Assembly: GCA_964474445.1 (NCBI GenBank)
Contig: CAYYSJ010000003.1
Span: 81,597-145,596, forward strand
Source of the DNA: an uncultured Gammaproteobacteria bacterium
GTDB lineage: Bacteria > Patescibacteriota > Microgenomatia > Levybacterales > UBA12049
DNA: 64,000 bases
Direction of reading: 5' to 3'
The position numbers and the translations under genes were made by a program. Each line of letters starts with the position of its first letter. Positions within the stretch are counted from its first letter, which is position 1. This document shows positions 44,639 to 53,753 of the stretch, one piece after another. The notes beneath the pieces were generated by a model, which searched no databases, was not told the origin of the DNA, and saw only the letters and a list, made by a program, of their open reading frames with translations.

Positions 44639-45044
44639 AACTTATTGTCAGTGTTTTTGCTGTTTCCTTTCCATCAGGCATAATGGAAAAAATATGTAAA
44701 ATATTTTCATTAGCAGGAAGAGTGACTGTAAGGGAGAATGCTCCCATACTGGATGGGTTAACGATAGTGTCATTGCCATCGGTTGAAACAATAACCGTTG
44801 CACTTGGATCTGTTTTGCCACTGACTGTTACAATTTTGGATGTCACAACTGATTCGTCTGCTGGACTATCAATTGTTAGGGGGACATCAGTAGTTGGAGT
44901 AGGTGAGACATGCTGCATATTAATTGTTTTAATAGTACTTGGTGAAACTGTTTTTGTTGACTGATAGATAAAAAATGCGACTCCTGCAACAAATAGTCCA
45001 AAAACCACGGCAACAAAAGAAAGAATAAGTTGTTCAAACTTCAT
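44619..45044 (-). CDS. Membrane-anchored/secreted hypothetical protein (141 aa)
   Basis: N-terminal TM LILSFVAVVFGLFVAGVAFFIY; overlaps downstream gene by 20 nt (co-transcribed). Confidence 0.45.
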   Translation of the reverse strand: MKFEQLILSFVAVVFGLFVAGVAFFIYQSTKTVSPSTIKTINMQHVSPTPTTDVPLTIDSPADESVVTSKIVTVSGKTDPSATVIVSTDGNDTIVNPSSMGAFSLTVTLPANENILHIFSIMPDGKETAKTLTISYAAENF

Positions 45045-45162
45045 ATGTGAATGCCTAGCCTCTATTAATTTAGCAGGGGAATTAAATTATGGCAAAGGTA
45101 GGGCTATAATACGGCAAACATCAGAGCTTGTCAACCAAAGCTATCTTTGCTAATATGAAGAT

Positions 45163-45684
45163 ATGGAAATTGCAATTCTTAATGGTAATGGTCTTAGAAT
45201 AAAGGGAAAACAAGCAACACTTGTTGTTGATCCAGGAGAAACCAAAGGAAAAGTAACAGCAGATGCAACACTGCTTCTTGGCGTTTCTCAAACTTCTCGA
45301 TTATTTCAAGAAGATTTAGGGGTCGTTTTCCAAGGCCCTGGAGAATATGAGGTGAAAGGAATAAAGATAACTGGATTTAAAGCAGAAGGAGAAACAATGT
45401 ATACCTTAACCGTTGATGGGTTGAGTGTCTTTGTAGGAAAAGTCACGAGTAGTATTAAAGCAAAAGACAAATTACATGAACATGATGTTGCAGTCCTCTT
45501 TGCTGATGAAGTATTACCTCAGGCAACCATGGGGCTTTTGAATCCTAGTGCGATCGTTTTCTACGGAGAGAAAACAGCAGATAATACAAAAGCATTTGGA
45601 AAAGAAGCGGTTGCTCCAACAAATAAATACACAACATCAAAAGATAAGCTTCCTCAAGAAACAGAATTTGTTATCCTCGGATAG
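45163..45684 (+). CDS. Hypothetical protein (173 aa)
   Basis: ORF only. Confidence 0.4.
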   Translation: MEIAILNGNGLRIKGKQATLVVDPGETKGKVTADATLLLGVSQTSRLFQEDLGVVFQGPGEYEVKGIKITGFKAEGETMYTLTVDGLSVFVGKVTSSIKAKDKLHEHDVAVLFADEVLPQATMGLLNPSAIVFYGEKTADNTKAFGKEAVAPTNKYTTSKDKLPQETEFVILG

Positions 45685-45773
45685 AATGAGTGTTTAGTTT
45701 TTCTCTCCTCATCATATTCCATATGTTCATCTTGGATTGATCTAGTCTGCTCTCTTGATGTATTCATAGGTAT

Positions 45774-45782
45774 TGGTATACT
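45774..45782 (+). promoter_or_regulatory. Extended -10 TGGTATACT, 11 nt upstream of dnaB ATG 45794
   Basis: tatTGGTATACTactgtgtacacATG. Confidence 0.4.
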
Positions 45783-45793
45783 ACTGTGTACAC

Positions 45794-47146
45794 ATGGCAA
45801 GAAATAAATTACCTCCGTCCAATGTAGAAGCAGAACAAAGTGTTTTAGGAGCAATCCTTATTGATAAAGATGCGATTAATCTTGCTTCAGAAATTTTACA
45901 GCCAACAGATTTCTACAATAGCCAACATGGCGTTATTTTTGATGCAATGCTTTCCTTATATGAGGTTCGGCAACCAATTGATTTGATCACATTATCTTCT
46001 GAATTAAAAAAGAAAAAAGATGGAGATGCTGTGCAATCATCCTACCTTACCGATTTAGTCAATACCGTTCCAACTGCAGCAAACGTTTCTCATTATGCAC
46101 TGCTTATTAAAGAAGCATCAACCAAACGACGTCTAATTCATTTAAGTAGTGAAATAACTGAATTGTGTTTTGATGAGGAGAAGGAACTTCGAGAAGTGAT
46201 CGAGTCAGCAGAATCAGGAGTTTTTTCTATCTCCCAAGGAAATGTTGTTCGAGGATTTATGCCTGTGAAACAAGCATTGGCTGCCAGCTTTGACAGAATT
46301 GATGAGTTGCATAAAAGTGGGGCAGGACTACGTGGTGTCCGGACAGGGTTTGGTGATTTGGACAATATGCTGTCTGGTATGCAAGCGTCAAATTTACTGA
46401 TTTTGGCTGCGCGCCCTGGAACAGGAAAAACAGCAATGGCAATGAATATTGCAATGCATGTTGCTGTGCAAGATAAAAAACCAATTGGCATTTTTTCTTT
46501 GGAAATGTCACAAGAAGAATTAGTGGATCGTTTGTTGGTAGGCCAGGCAGATGTTGATGCATGGAGATTGAAGACGGGTAAATTAACAGAAGGTGATTTC
46601 ACCAAATTATCAGAAGCAATGGGTGTGTTGGCAGATGCACCAATTTTTATTGACGATACGCCAGGTATTACCCTTTCTGAAATGCGTACCAAAGCGAGAA
46701 GACTGCAGCTTGAACATGGAATTGGCCTTTTGATCGTTGACTACTTACAGCTGGTGAATCCAGGCAAAAGAGTAGAAAGTCGTGTGCAGGAGGTGTCTCT
46801 TGTTTCCCAAGCATTAAAGAATTTAGCAAGAGAGTTGAAGATTCCTGTCATTGCACTCTCACAGCTTTCTCGTGCGGTTGAGCATCGAGGAGATTCCAAA
46901 CCACAACTTGCCGATTTGCGAGAATCTGGAGCTATTGAACAGGATGCTGACGTCGTTATGTTCTTGTATCGTGCAGATCCAGAAGCAAGTGGTCCAACAA
47001 TCCCTGTAAACATGCTTATTGCAAAACATAGAAATGGTCCAATAGGAGAGGTAAATCTGTTATTTAGAGGAGATAGAATTCGATTCTTCAATATTGAAAA
47101 ACATCGGGGAGAAGAGAGTGCTTCTCCTGCTGCAACAGCTTCTTAA
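45794..47146 (+). CDS. dnaB: Replicative DNA helicase DnaB
   Basis: N-terminal domain (LPPSNVEAEQSVLGAILID), Walker A ARPGTGKTA, Walker B LLIVDYLQL, arginine finger region; ORF track start 45773 is TTG, ATG at 45794 preferred. Confidence 0.9.
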   Translation: MARNKLPPSNVEAEQSVLGAILIDKDAINLASEILQPTDFYNSQHGVIFDAMLSLYEVRQPIDLITLSSELKKKKDGDAVQSSYLTDLVNTVPTAANVSHYALLIKEASTKRRLIHLSSEITELCFDEEKELREVIESAESGVFSISQGNVVRGFMPVKQALAASFDRIDELHKSGAGLRGVRTGFGDLDNMLSGMQASNLLILAARPGTGKTAMAMNIAMHVAVQDKKPIGIFSLEMSQEELVDRLLVGQADVDAWRLKTGKLTEGDFTKLSEAMGVLADAPIFIDDTPGITLSEMRTKARRLQLEHGIGLLIVDYLQLVNPGKRVESRVQEVSLVSQALKNLARELKIPVIALSQLSRAVEHRGDSKPQLADLRESGAIEQDADVVMFLYRADPEASGPTIPVNMLIAKHRNGPIGEVNLLFRGDRIRFFNIEKHRGEESASPAATAS

Positions 47147-47231
47147 CGCACTATCATATTGACTTTTAAAAGTTTGGAATGTTACGCTGAATAAGTAGTT
47201 TGATACATGCTACAGTAGGGGGGTGAAGTGA

Positions 47232-47717
47232 ATGGATAATACACAACAAAATGGAATGAATCCACAACCAGTCATGAATGACGGCATGCAGCCAGCAGGA
47301 GTTCAAGATCCGAACGTATCTGTTGCACCAGCAATGGATGCAAATCCTATGCCAACGCAGGCAACAACTTCAATGGGTGATTTAGCTGGCATGACACCTC
47401 CACCTGCACCACCAATGCAAGATATGAGTGCTCAAGCACCAGTTACCATGCCAGAACCAGCTCCTGTTCAAACAATGGATGCGTCTACTATGAATGCAGG
47501 TATGCCTTCTTCACCAATGGGTATGCCACAACAGGCGCAACCTGTTGCTGATATGAATACTTTTTCAAGTCCTATGCATCAAACGCCAGCGTCTGTACCA
47601 GCTGGACAGACAGAAGCTGACGATTATGCATATGCAGAGGATTTACTTGATGAAATTTTGGATTCTTTGGATAGGATTGAGGCAAAATTAGAAGCAATCG
47701 AAAAGAAAATGGGATAA
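47232..47717 (+). CDS. Low-complexity Met/Pro/Ala/Gln-rich protein (161 aa) with short C-terminal coiled coil
   Basis: Compositionally biased (MQPAGV, PMPTQ, PPPAPPMQDM repeats); ends ...LDRIEAKLEAIEKKMG. Confidence 0.4.
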   Translation: MDNTQQNGMNPQPVMNDGMQPAGVQDPNVSVAPAMDANPMPTQATTSMGDLAGMTPPPAPPMQDMSAQAPVTMPEPAPVQTMDASTMNAGMPSSPMGMPQQAQPVADMNTFSSPMHQTPASVPAGQTEADDYAYAEDLLDEILDSLDRIEAKLEAIEKKMG

Positions 47718-47742
47718 TAGGAAGATGTATTGTGTTCTAAAA

Positions 47743-47778
47743 ACATAATCCCGGCATTTTGTCGGGATTATGTTTTTT
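47743..47778. terminator. Bidirectional rho-independent terminator between convergent genes
   Basis: ACATAATCCCG-gcattttgt-CGGGATTATGT (11-bp stem) flanked by AAAAA upstream and TTTTTT downstream. Confidence 0.75.
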
Positions 47779-50155
47779 AAGAAGGACGTTGTTTGTTTCG
47801 AGGATTTGTTTTTCCAATAGGTGAAGAAGATCCAGAGCGTGAACGTTTTCTTCTTGTACCCCTTCGAAGAGGTTTTGTCGTTCTTTTTGTCTCAAAGGAG
47901 TCTTCTTCAGAAGGAGAACTGGTTAAGAAACCAAGTCTTTCTGCTAAAGAGGTAACAGATGTATCTTCTTTGCTTTCTTTTCCGACTGAAGGAGTAGAGG
48001 GCTGCGTATCAGTTTCCTCCTGGGAAGTGTCTTCCATGGTATTTGCTAAAATAGCGGTTGTTTCATCGGTGATTGTTTTCATAAGAGGTGATTGAAGGAA
48101 TTCCCGCTCGTCAACCAGATCTGCGGCATAGAGTGTCCCTGGGTATATATCAGGAGGAGGTGCAGAGGGTACAGCACTTGTTTTATTTGTTGCAAGCCTT
48201 TGTTCTCTTGCTTGCATCGCAAGGTATCCCAACATAGTTTCTTCAGGGTATGATTCAACATCAGCATCAAGAAGTCCTAAAGGCATGAGTCCATCTTCTA
48301 TCACCACATCAGAAGGAACGGGAAGATGGTCTTGTACAATAAAGGTATTGGCTTTGCCTGTTTGATAGGGAGTCATAAACGGCATGATACCGTTGTGATT
48401 AATAATCGCCCAAAGATAATCTAGCAAATCATTAATATCTTCTTTTGCTTGGTCAGTAATAAACGCATGTTGTTGATCTTGTACAAGGGTCCATGCATCT
48501 TCCAAGAGATATAGCGCTTTTCTCATGCGTGCTACCTTATTATTCCAACCAGATCGTGTAGCAAGAAGTTCTTGGGTAATAAGGACGCCATTAATACGAA
48601 GCCCATCACTATCAAAACTAACAGTCGTTTTTTGCTTTTGAGCAGCTTCTCCAGATGAGACTTCAAAGTCAATTGTTGTGGTTCCTCTCTTTTCGTCAAA
48701 CCAAATAAGGGTTTCTCTCTCTTGTCCCTTTTGATAGAGCCCAATAGCATAGTCAGGGACAGTAGGAGATTTTTTCTTTTTGCGGTGGGTACGATCATAG
48801 AAGTCAGTCCTTAGAGTGGTAAAGTTTGGTGGAAAAGGGGCTTTAAGTGCATCCATTGCAAATGAAAAGAGGGATTGTTGTTCGATACCAACGTAAGGCA
48901 TACCATTCATTGCATACATGGGGAGAGGAAAGTCGTTATTGCTGTCAACAGAAAGTCTTTGCAAAAGTCTTTGGGCAACAAGCAAGCTGCTCTCTTGAGC
49001 GGCTTTTGTCACGGGGAAGAAAAAGGTATGACCAATATCATACGGGTTACAAAAAGGCGCGTATCCTATTTGTAATGTCTGTACATTCTCTGGGGAGATA
49101 GTCTGATGTGGATTCGTAAAATACACTGTTGGAAGATAGTCTGCCTCTCCTGAAAGTACCTGAAACATCAGCGTTCCGGCTTCTGGTTGTGCAGATACTA
49201 TGCCAATGGGAGTAGATTTTGACTCTGCGTATACTGCAATGCTATTTTGTGCAACATAGGTAGCAAGTTGGGGATCTACCATAAAATATGGTAAGTCTTG
49301 CGGCTGCAATATACCAAGGTGCGTCATATCTCCCGCAACGGTTATGAGTTGGTGGATAAGATTTTCCTTTGTTTCTTTACTAGGAAGAATAGCAGTTGTT
49401 TCAGAAACTGTCATGCGGGACGTATATGGCTCTATGGGGGGAATATAATCGACAAACTGTGGAAAAGGAACATGTTTCAGATAATCTACTGGAGAAAAAT
49501 AAAAGCGTTGCTCGTCGTCTGTGTCTGGCAGAGTTGCTCTGTTATCAGTATCAGCAGTAGAAAGCTCAACTGCGTTTTTTATTCCTTCATGAAGAAGTGC
49601 TGCTGATCCTAAAATATTTCGAGCTAACTGACGTGCGACTCTATCTTCAGCAAATGCTGCATCGCTTTGACGTTCTGTTTTCTCTTGTACAGCCTCTGAA
49701 CGATTTGGTTTTAATGAAAGAGGATATCTTAGTGATTCCCCATCCATATCCATGAGAACGTATGCATCGTTGATTATTTTACCCCGAGCAGTACTATGTT
49801 GAGAAAAAATAAATCGTGATTGTACTTGGCTTATTGGATCATCATATCTAATATAGGCGTCGTAATTACCGTATCCAATGATCAGATTGTCATCGAGCTG
49901 TAATGTAATTGCCGTATCAGGTTGCGTTGGATCAACAAGAGAAAGGGTATAGTTTGGAAGTTCCCCTTGTCTTATTCCATCGACTTGTTGATATAACGCC
50001 CGTGAAATCTGCATAAGTCCCTGTGTTGCGAGACTACGCTCTCTCTCTTTACGATGTGGATAGGAAACTCTATCGATAACTACTGCAGCCAATGCTTTTG
50101 CTTGTTTCTGTACTCCCTCAGCAAGTTGGCCTAATTTTAATTCACGCGTTCTCAT
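47777..50155 (-). CDS. Large hypothetical protein (792 aa) with basic Ser-rich C-terminal tail (RRGTRRKRSRSGSSSP)
   Basis: No TM; no motif recognised. Confidence 0.5.
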   Translation of the reverse strand: MRTRELKLGQLAEGVQKQAKALAAVVIDRVSYPHRKERERSLATQGLMQISRALYQQVDGIRQGELPNYTLSLVDPTQPDTAITLQLDDNLIIGYGNYDAYIRYDDPISQVQSRFIFSQHSTARGKIINDAYVLMDMDGESLRYPLSLKPNRSEAVQEKTERQSDAAFAEDRVARQLARNILGSAALLHEGIKNAVELSTADTDNRATLPDTDDEQRFYFSPVDYLKHVPFPQFVDYIPPIEPYTSRMTVSETTAILPSKETKENLIHQLITVAGDMTHLGILQPQDLPYFMVDPQLATYVAQNSIAVYAESKSTPIGIVSAQPEAGTLMFQVLSGEADYLPTVYFTNPHQTISPENVQTLQIGYAPFCNPYDIGHTFFFPVTKAAQESSLLVAQRLLQRLSVDSNNDFPLPMYAMNGMPYVGIEQQSLFSFAMDALKAPFPPNFTTLRTDFYDRTHRKKKKSPTVPDYAIGLYQKGQERETLIWFDEKRGTTTIDFEVSSGEAAQKQKTTVSFDSDGLRINGVLITQELLATRSGWNNKVARMRKALYLLEDAWTLVQDQQHAFITDQAKEDINDLLDYLWAIINHNGIMPFMTPYQTGKANTFIVQDHLPVPSDVVIEDGLMPLGLLDADVESYPEETMLGYLAMQAREQRLATNKTSAVPSAPPPDIYPGTLYAADLVDEREFLQSPLMKTITDETTAILANTMEDTSQEETDTQPSTPSVGKESKEDTSVTSLAERLGFLTSSPSEEDSFETKRTTKPLRRGTRRKRSRSGSSSPIGKTNPRNKQRPS

Positions 50156-50233
50156 TATGTCCTATAAAATATCTAACAACTGCTCAAGGGGAATAAGAGA
50201 CGTGTAAGACATTGGTAAGATGACAAAGAACGA

Positions 50234-50890
50234 TTAGATAGGAGGCTGTGTTCTGTTCACTGCAGACATGAGTGTCCGTTTTGGAGATGATCCGGATGAT
50301 TGAAGACTTGGAGTATCTCTTCGTTTCCTTCTACGCCCCACGTCTTGTTCTTCTGTAAACTGCTGAGCTGAGGAATCTGCCAGGAGGAGGTCGATATCAA
50401 CATTGTTTATTATTGTGGTAATATCAGCAAAAATGCGTCGGGCGTATGTTCTTACTTGTTTACTACCCAGATGAGGTTTGGATACATCTGTTTTGAAAGG
50501 GTGTCCAGCATAGTCTGTGGCGTATGTTACTTTTGTATCATGTGTCACTTTTGTAGCAGTTAAAGAATCCCATACGGTGCCATTGTATAACCTGAGTGCA
50601 CACAAGGTGTCTCCCACAGTAAGATATGTATCATTACATTTGAGAACTAATTGTTGTTTATTTGTAGGATCATCTTGTATTGAAGCTGTTATCCTTTGTG
50701 CAGGGGAGGTGGTTGCCTTTGCAAAGTAATATACCCCTCTCTCGAGGGCGTAAAGTCCTTCAAGACGGGTTTTTGGTCGTCGAAGAAAATAACGTGTGGC
50801 TTCAATCTTTCTTAGTGCTGCTTCTTTTGTATGTTTCAATAAAGGAGTCAACTTATCTATCATGGCCCATAACATAACTGAGAGATGCAA
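50234..50890 (-). CDS. Hypothetical protein (218 aa) with a similar basic Ser-rich C-terminal tail (RRRKRRDTPSLQSSGSSPKR)
   Basis: Upstream partner of the 792-aa gene on the same strand. Confidence 0.45.
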   Translation of the reverse strand: MHLSVMLWAMIDKLTPLLKHTKEAALRKIEATRYFLRRPKTRLEGLYALERGVYYFAKATTSPAQRITASIQDDPTNKQQLVLKCNDTYLTVGDTLCALRLYNGTVWDSLTATKVTHDTKVTYATDYAGHPFKTDVSKPHLGSKQVRTYARRIFADITTIINNVDIDLLLADSSAQQFTEEQDVGRRRKRRDTPSLQSSGSSPKRTLMSAVNRTQPPI

Positions 50891-51031
50891 AAGGCTATTT
50901 CAAAAAAGTGTAAGGAGTGGGTAAGAGAGGAAAGGAATAAAAAAAGAGTGGGGAGTTATGGGACATGTTTTCCTTTTTAGATGGTTTTTGAGGTAGGTGT
51001 ATTGGTTTATGTCTCTATCTTTTATGTGTCG

Positions 51032-51280
51032 TTATCTATTGTGTTTTATTTGAAAAATACGGAGATATTTCCCATAAAAATTTTTCTTATCAAGTTTTTC
51101 TAGTGCTTCTAGTGCTTTTTTGTCGTCCTCTAAGAGAACATACCCATATCCCTTTCCTAAAAAAGATTTGTTTGATTGGGGAATAATGATTGAAAAAATC
51201 TTTCCAAATCCTTGGAACAGGCGTTCAAGATTATGTTTCTTGGTTTCTGGTGTAATATTGCGAATAAGTAATGTTGTCAT
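51032..51280 (-). CDS. RRM-type RNA-binding protein (82 aa)
   Basis: RNP2-like LLIRNI and RNP1-like KGYGYVLL. Confidence 0.7.
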   Translation of the reverse strand: MTTLLIRNITPETKKHNLERLFQGFGKIFSIIIPQSNKSFLGKGYGYVLLEDDKKALEALEKLDKKNFYGKYLRIFQIKHNR

Positions 51281-51295
51281 AGACGCATTCTAGCA

Positions 51296-51331
51296 AAAAT
51301 ATGCCACAAATGCAACTAAGTTGCATATTTT
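51296..51331. promoter_or_regulatory. Nested palindromes in the promoter/5' region of the RRM gene: AAAATATGC...GCATATTTT enclosing ATGCAACT-a-AGTTGCAT
   Basis: Read directly at 51296-51331, 15-50 nt upstream of the minus-strand start codon. Confidence 0.4.
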
Positions 51332-51667
51332 AGTATAAGTTTAAGCGCGGTATGTATTACTAATAAAAATAAATAATATTTAACAAACAAAGTATTATAT
51401 ATAATAACAAGTGTTTTTCCAGATAAACTATCGCAGGCAGATTATATAGTCGATTCTTTTGTTGAAATAACAGATGATAGTTGGTTTAGAGTTCAACTGC
51501 TGTAAATGCATGTTCACCGTTCACATTCCTATATCAGGATGGGTTTAGCCATTTGATATAAAGTATATCCCAACATAGGCTCATTGATCTTCTTTCTTTG
51601 TAACGAAGTCTTCTTTAAATAATGAGTATTTCTCTCTACGTAATCTCAGTATAGTAACTTCCTCTTG

Positions 51668-52045
51668 TTAATTTCTTCCATACCGTAGCAAATTATCGCA
51701 GTTTTGATAGTGGACCGGATCTGTATCTGTCCTTTCTGCAAACAGTCTTCTACAATTTTGATAGTGGACTGGGTCTGTGTCTATTGGACTCCAGGTATGC
51801 CAATCACTATTTCTATTGGGCCAAAAGTTGCCTTGGTTCCAGTCATTCCATTTGTTTCCATCGTTCCAAGGGTTGTTTGTATGCCAGGTATTCCAAGTAT
51901 TAATAGTAATATACTGATTATACTGGCCATAACCGGGGTTGTAACTGTAACTTGCAAAAGCTGGTGTACTCACAAGAGCAGCAAAAGTAATAACACTCAG
52001 TACGCAGGAAACAACAATTTTCTGTATAGTCATTTTGTACTTCAC
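51668..52045 (-). CDS. Small secreted Trp/Asn-rich protein (125 aa) with internally duplicated C-terminal motif TDTDPVHYQNC
   Basis: Signal peptide MKYKMTIQKIVVSCVLSVITFAALVSTPAFA; mature part rich in W/N (NTWNTWHTNNPWNDGNKWNDWNQGNFW); 30-nt direct repeat in DNA at ~51696-51732 and ~51750-51786. Confidence 0.5.
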   Translation of the reverse strand: MKYKMTIQKIVVSCVLSVITFAALVSTPAFASYSYNPGYGQYNQYITINTWNTWHTNNPWNDGNKWNDWNQGNFWPNRNSDWHTWSPIDTDPVHYQNCRRLFAERTDTDPVHYQNCDNLLRYGRN

Positions 52046-52222
52046 CTTGTTTCACCTTCTTTCTTCTCACGTGTGGGAACTTTTCTTATATCACCATTAT
52101 AAAATTAACCAATAAGAAGTATGACAATGGAGGGTAAGAATTTTTTTAAATCAGATGGTATTGTTTGTTATCAAGAGGGGAAGAACAATTTTTTTCACTT
52201 CTCAATATCTGCATCTATATCA

Positions 52223-52249
52223 GCAGGCCCTGAGTAACTTTGTTGGAAC
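52223..52249 (+). repeat. Dispersed intergenic repeat copy a: GCAGGCCCTGAGTAACTTTGTTGGAAC (followed by T-rich tract)
   Basis: Exact read; between aminotransferase stop and W/N-protein start. Confidence 0.7.
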
Positions 52250-52255
52250 GTATTA

Positions 52256-53095
52256 CTATTTTTCGAGGTTTTGAGAAATGTATGCTTTATACTGCTTTAG
52301 AGCCTCTTTTGTAATTTCACCAACTTTTCCATCTCCCACAGGTTTTCCATTTATTTCAACTACGCCTCTTACTTCACTATTGCTTCCAGTCAAAAAAACT
52401 TCCGTTGAAGACAATAATTCATTGAAGGTAAAATCACGAACTTCAATAGGGATAGGTAACTGGAGTATTTCAAGCAGAGTATTTCTTGTTATCCCTTCAA
52501 CGATATTTGATTTTGTTGTCGTTAACTTGTTATCAATAATAGCAAAAACATTTGTCCCGGACCCTTCATAGAATTGAGTAGTGTCATAGTAGAGCACATC
52601 CTCGATGTCTTGATTTTTCACTTCTGCTAACTGTCTTATCGCTTCAACGTAGTGTGTATGTTTTGCTTCTGGATATTGACGCTTATATCCTACTGCTAAT
52701 ACCTTAATACCATTTTCATATTCACTTTCAGCTTTTCTCATGCGCGGACTGACCATCATTATAAGAGTTGGGGTTTCTGCTTGGTGCAGAGAGTGGGAAT
52801 TACCTCCCGACACGACAATTTTTAAAGTCTTCTCCGTATCTTTACCATTTTTATCAAGTGTTTCTTTTGCCCAATCTATAAGTTGTTCTTTAGTCCAGGG
52901 AATTTGGAGGCCTATTATTGCTGCTGATTTAAAGAGCCTATCAATATGTTCAGTAAGTTTGAATAGTTTATTATTATACGTAACGATAAAATCTGCTACG
53001 GCATAGCCCCTTACAAAACCTAAATCACGAGGAGAAATAAGCAGTTCGCTTTCTGTTACAAATTTCCCATTTAGGAAATGAACTAAGTCGCTCAT
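52256..53095 (-). CDS. PLP fold-type IV aminotransferase (branched-chain / D-amino-acid aminotransferase family)
   Basis: ...DLGFVRGYAVADFIVTYNN..., EHIDRL, ...GSGTNVFAIIDNKLTTT...EGITRN..., EVFLTGS typical of class IV aminotransferases. Confidence 0.8.
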   Translation of the reverse strand: MSDLVHFLNGKFVTESELLISPRDLGFVRGYAVADFIVTYNNKLFKLTEHIDRLFKSAAIIGLQIPWTKEQLIDWAKETLDKNGKDTEKTLKIVVSGGNSHSLHQAETPTLIMMVSPRMRKAESEYENGIKVLAVGYKRQYPEAKHTHYVEAIRQLAEVKNQDIEDVLYYDTTQFYEGSGTNVFAIIDNKLTTTKSNIVEGITRNTLLEILQLPIPIEVRDFTFNELLSSTEVFLTGSNSEVRGVVEINGKPVGDGKVGEITKEALKQYKAYISQNLEK

Positions 53096-53140
53096 GGGGA
53101 AAGTATAGCAAATTTATCTTAATAAGTTCGAATCTGTTTG

Positions 53141-53167
53141 GCAGGCCCTGAGTAACTTTATTGGAAC
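53141..53167 (+). repeat. Dispersed intergenic repeat copy b: GCAGGCCCTGAGTAACTTTATTGGAAC (26/27 identical to a)
   Basis: In divergent promoter region between aminotransferase and NUDIX genes, 41 nt upstream of NUDIX ATG. Confidence 0.7.
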
Positions 53168-53207
53168 CTACTATTCTGTTAATTTTTAACTTGCTATACT
53201 TATCTGG

Positions 53208-53663
53208 ATGCGAACAATTCAGCGGACTATCGTTTCTGCCTTAATATATTCAAAAGACAACAAACTCCTTATGGGTAAAAAGGATCCTAAAAAGGGTGGT
53301 GTGTATAGTGACTGTTGGCACATCCCAGGAGGAGGAACTGATGAAGGTGAAGAGAAACTGAAAGCTCTTAAAAGAGAAATACAGGAGGAGGTTGGTATTG
53401 ACATCTCAGATCAACAAGTTGAGTTGGTTACGGATAAGGATAAAGGAACCGCCGAGAAAACTCTTCCAAATGGTGAGAAAGTAGTTGCCGAGATGCAATT
53501 TAATGTATATAGAGTCGTTTTAGCCGAGAACAGTAGTCAAGTGAAAATTTCTCCAAGAGGAGACTTAGTGGAACTGCGATGGTTTAGTATTCCAGAACTA
53601 GCAAGCGTAAAACTGACTCCACCTTCCACAAAATATTTTAAAGAAATAGGATATATAAATTAG
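53208..53663 (+). CDS. NUDIX hydrolase
   Basis: Nudix box GGGTDEGEEKLKALKREIQEEVGI. Confidence 0.85.
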   Translation: MRTIQRTIVSALIYSKDNKLLMGKKDPKKGGVYSDCWHIPGGGTDEGEEKLKALKREIQEEVGIDISDQQVELVTDKDKGTAEKTLPNGEKVVAEMQFNVYRVVLAENSSQVKISPRGDLVELRWFSIPELASVKLTPPSTKYFKEIGYIN

Positions 53664-53700
53664 CTACAATCTGCCTTAAATACTATATCAAACTATCTCA

Positions 53701-53727
53701 TCAGGCCCTGTGTAGCTTTGTAGGAAC
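53701..53727 (+). repeat. Dispersed intergenic repeat copy c: TCAGGCCCTGTGTAGCTTTGTAGGAAC
   Basis: Between NUDIX stop and convergent nucleotidyltransferase stop. Confidence 0.6.
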
Positions 53728-53753
53728 TTTTTTCTATAGTTTGTAGTTAGTGT

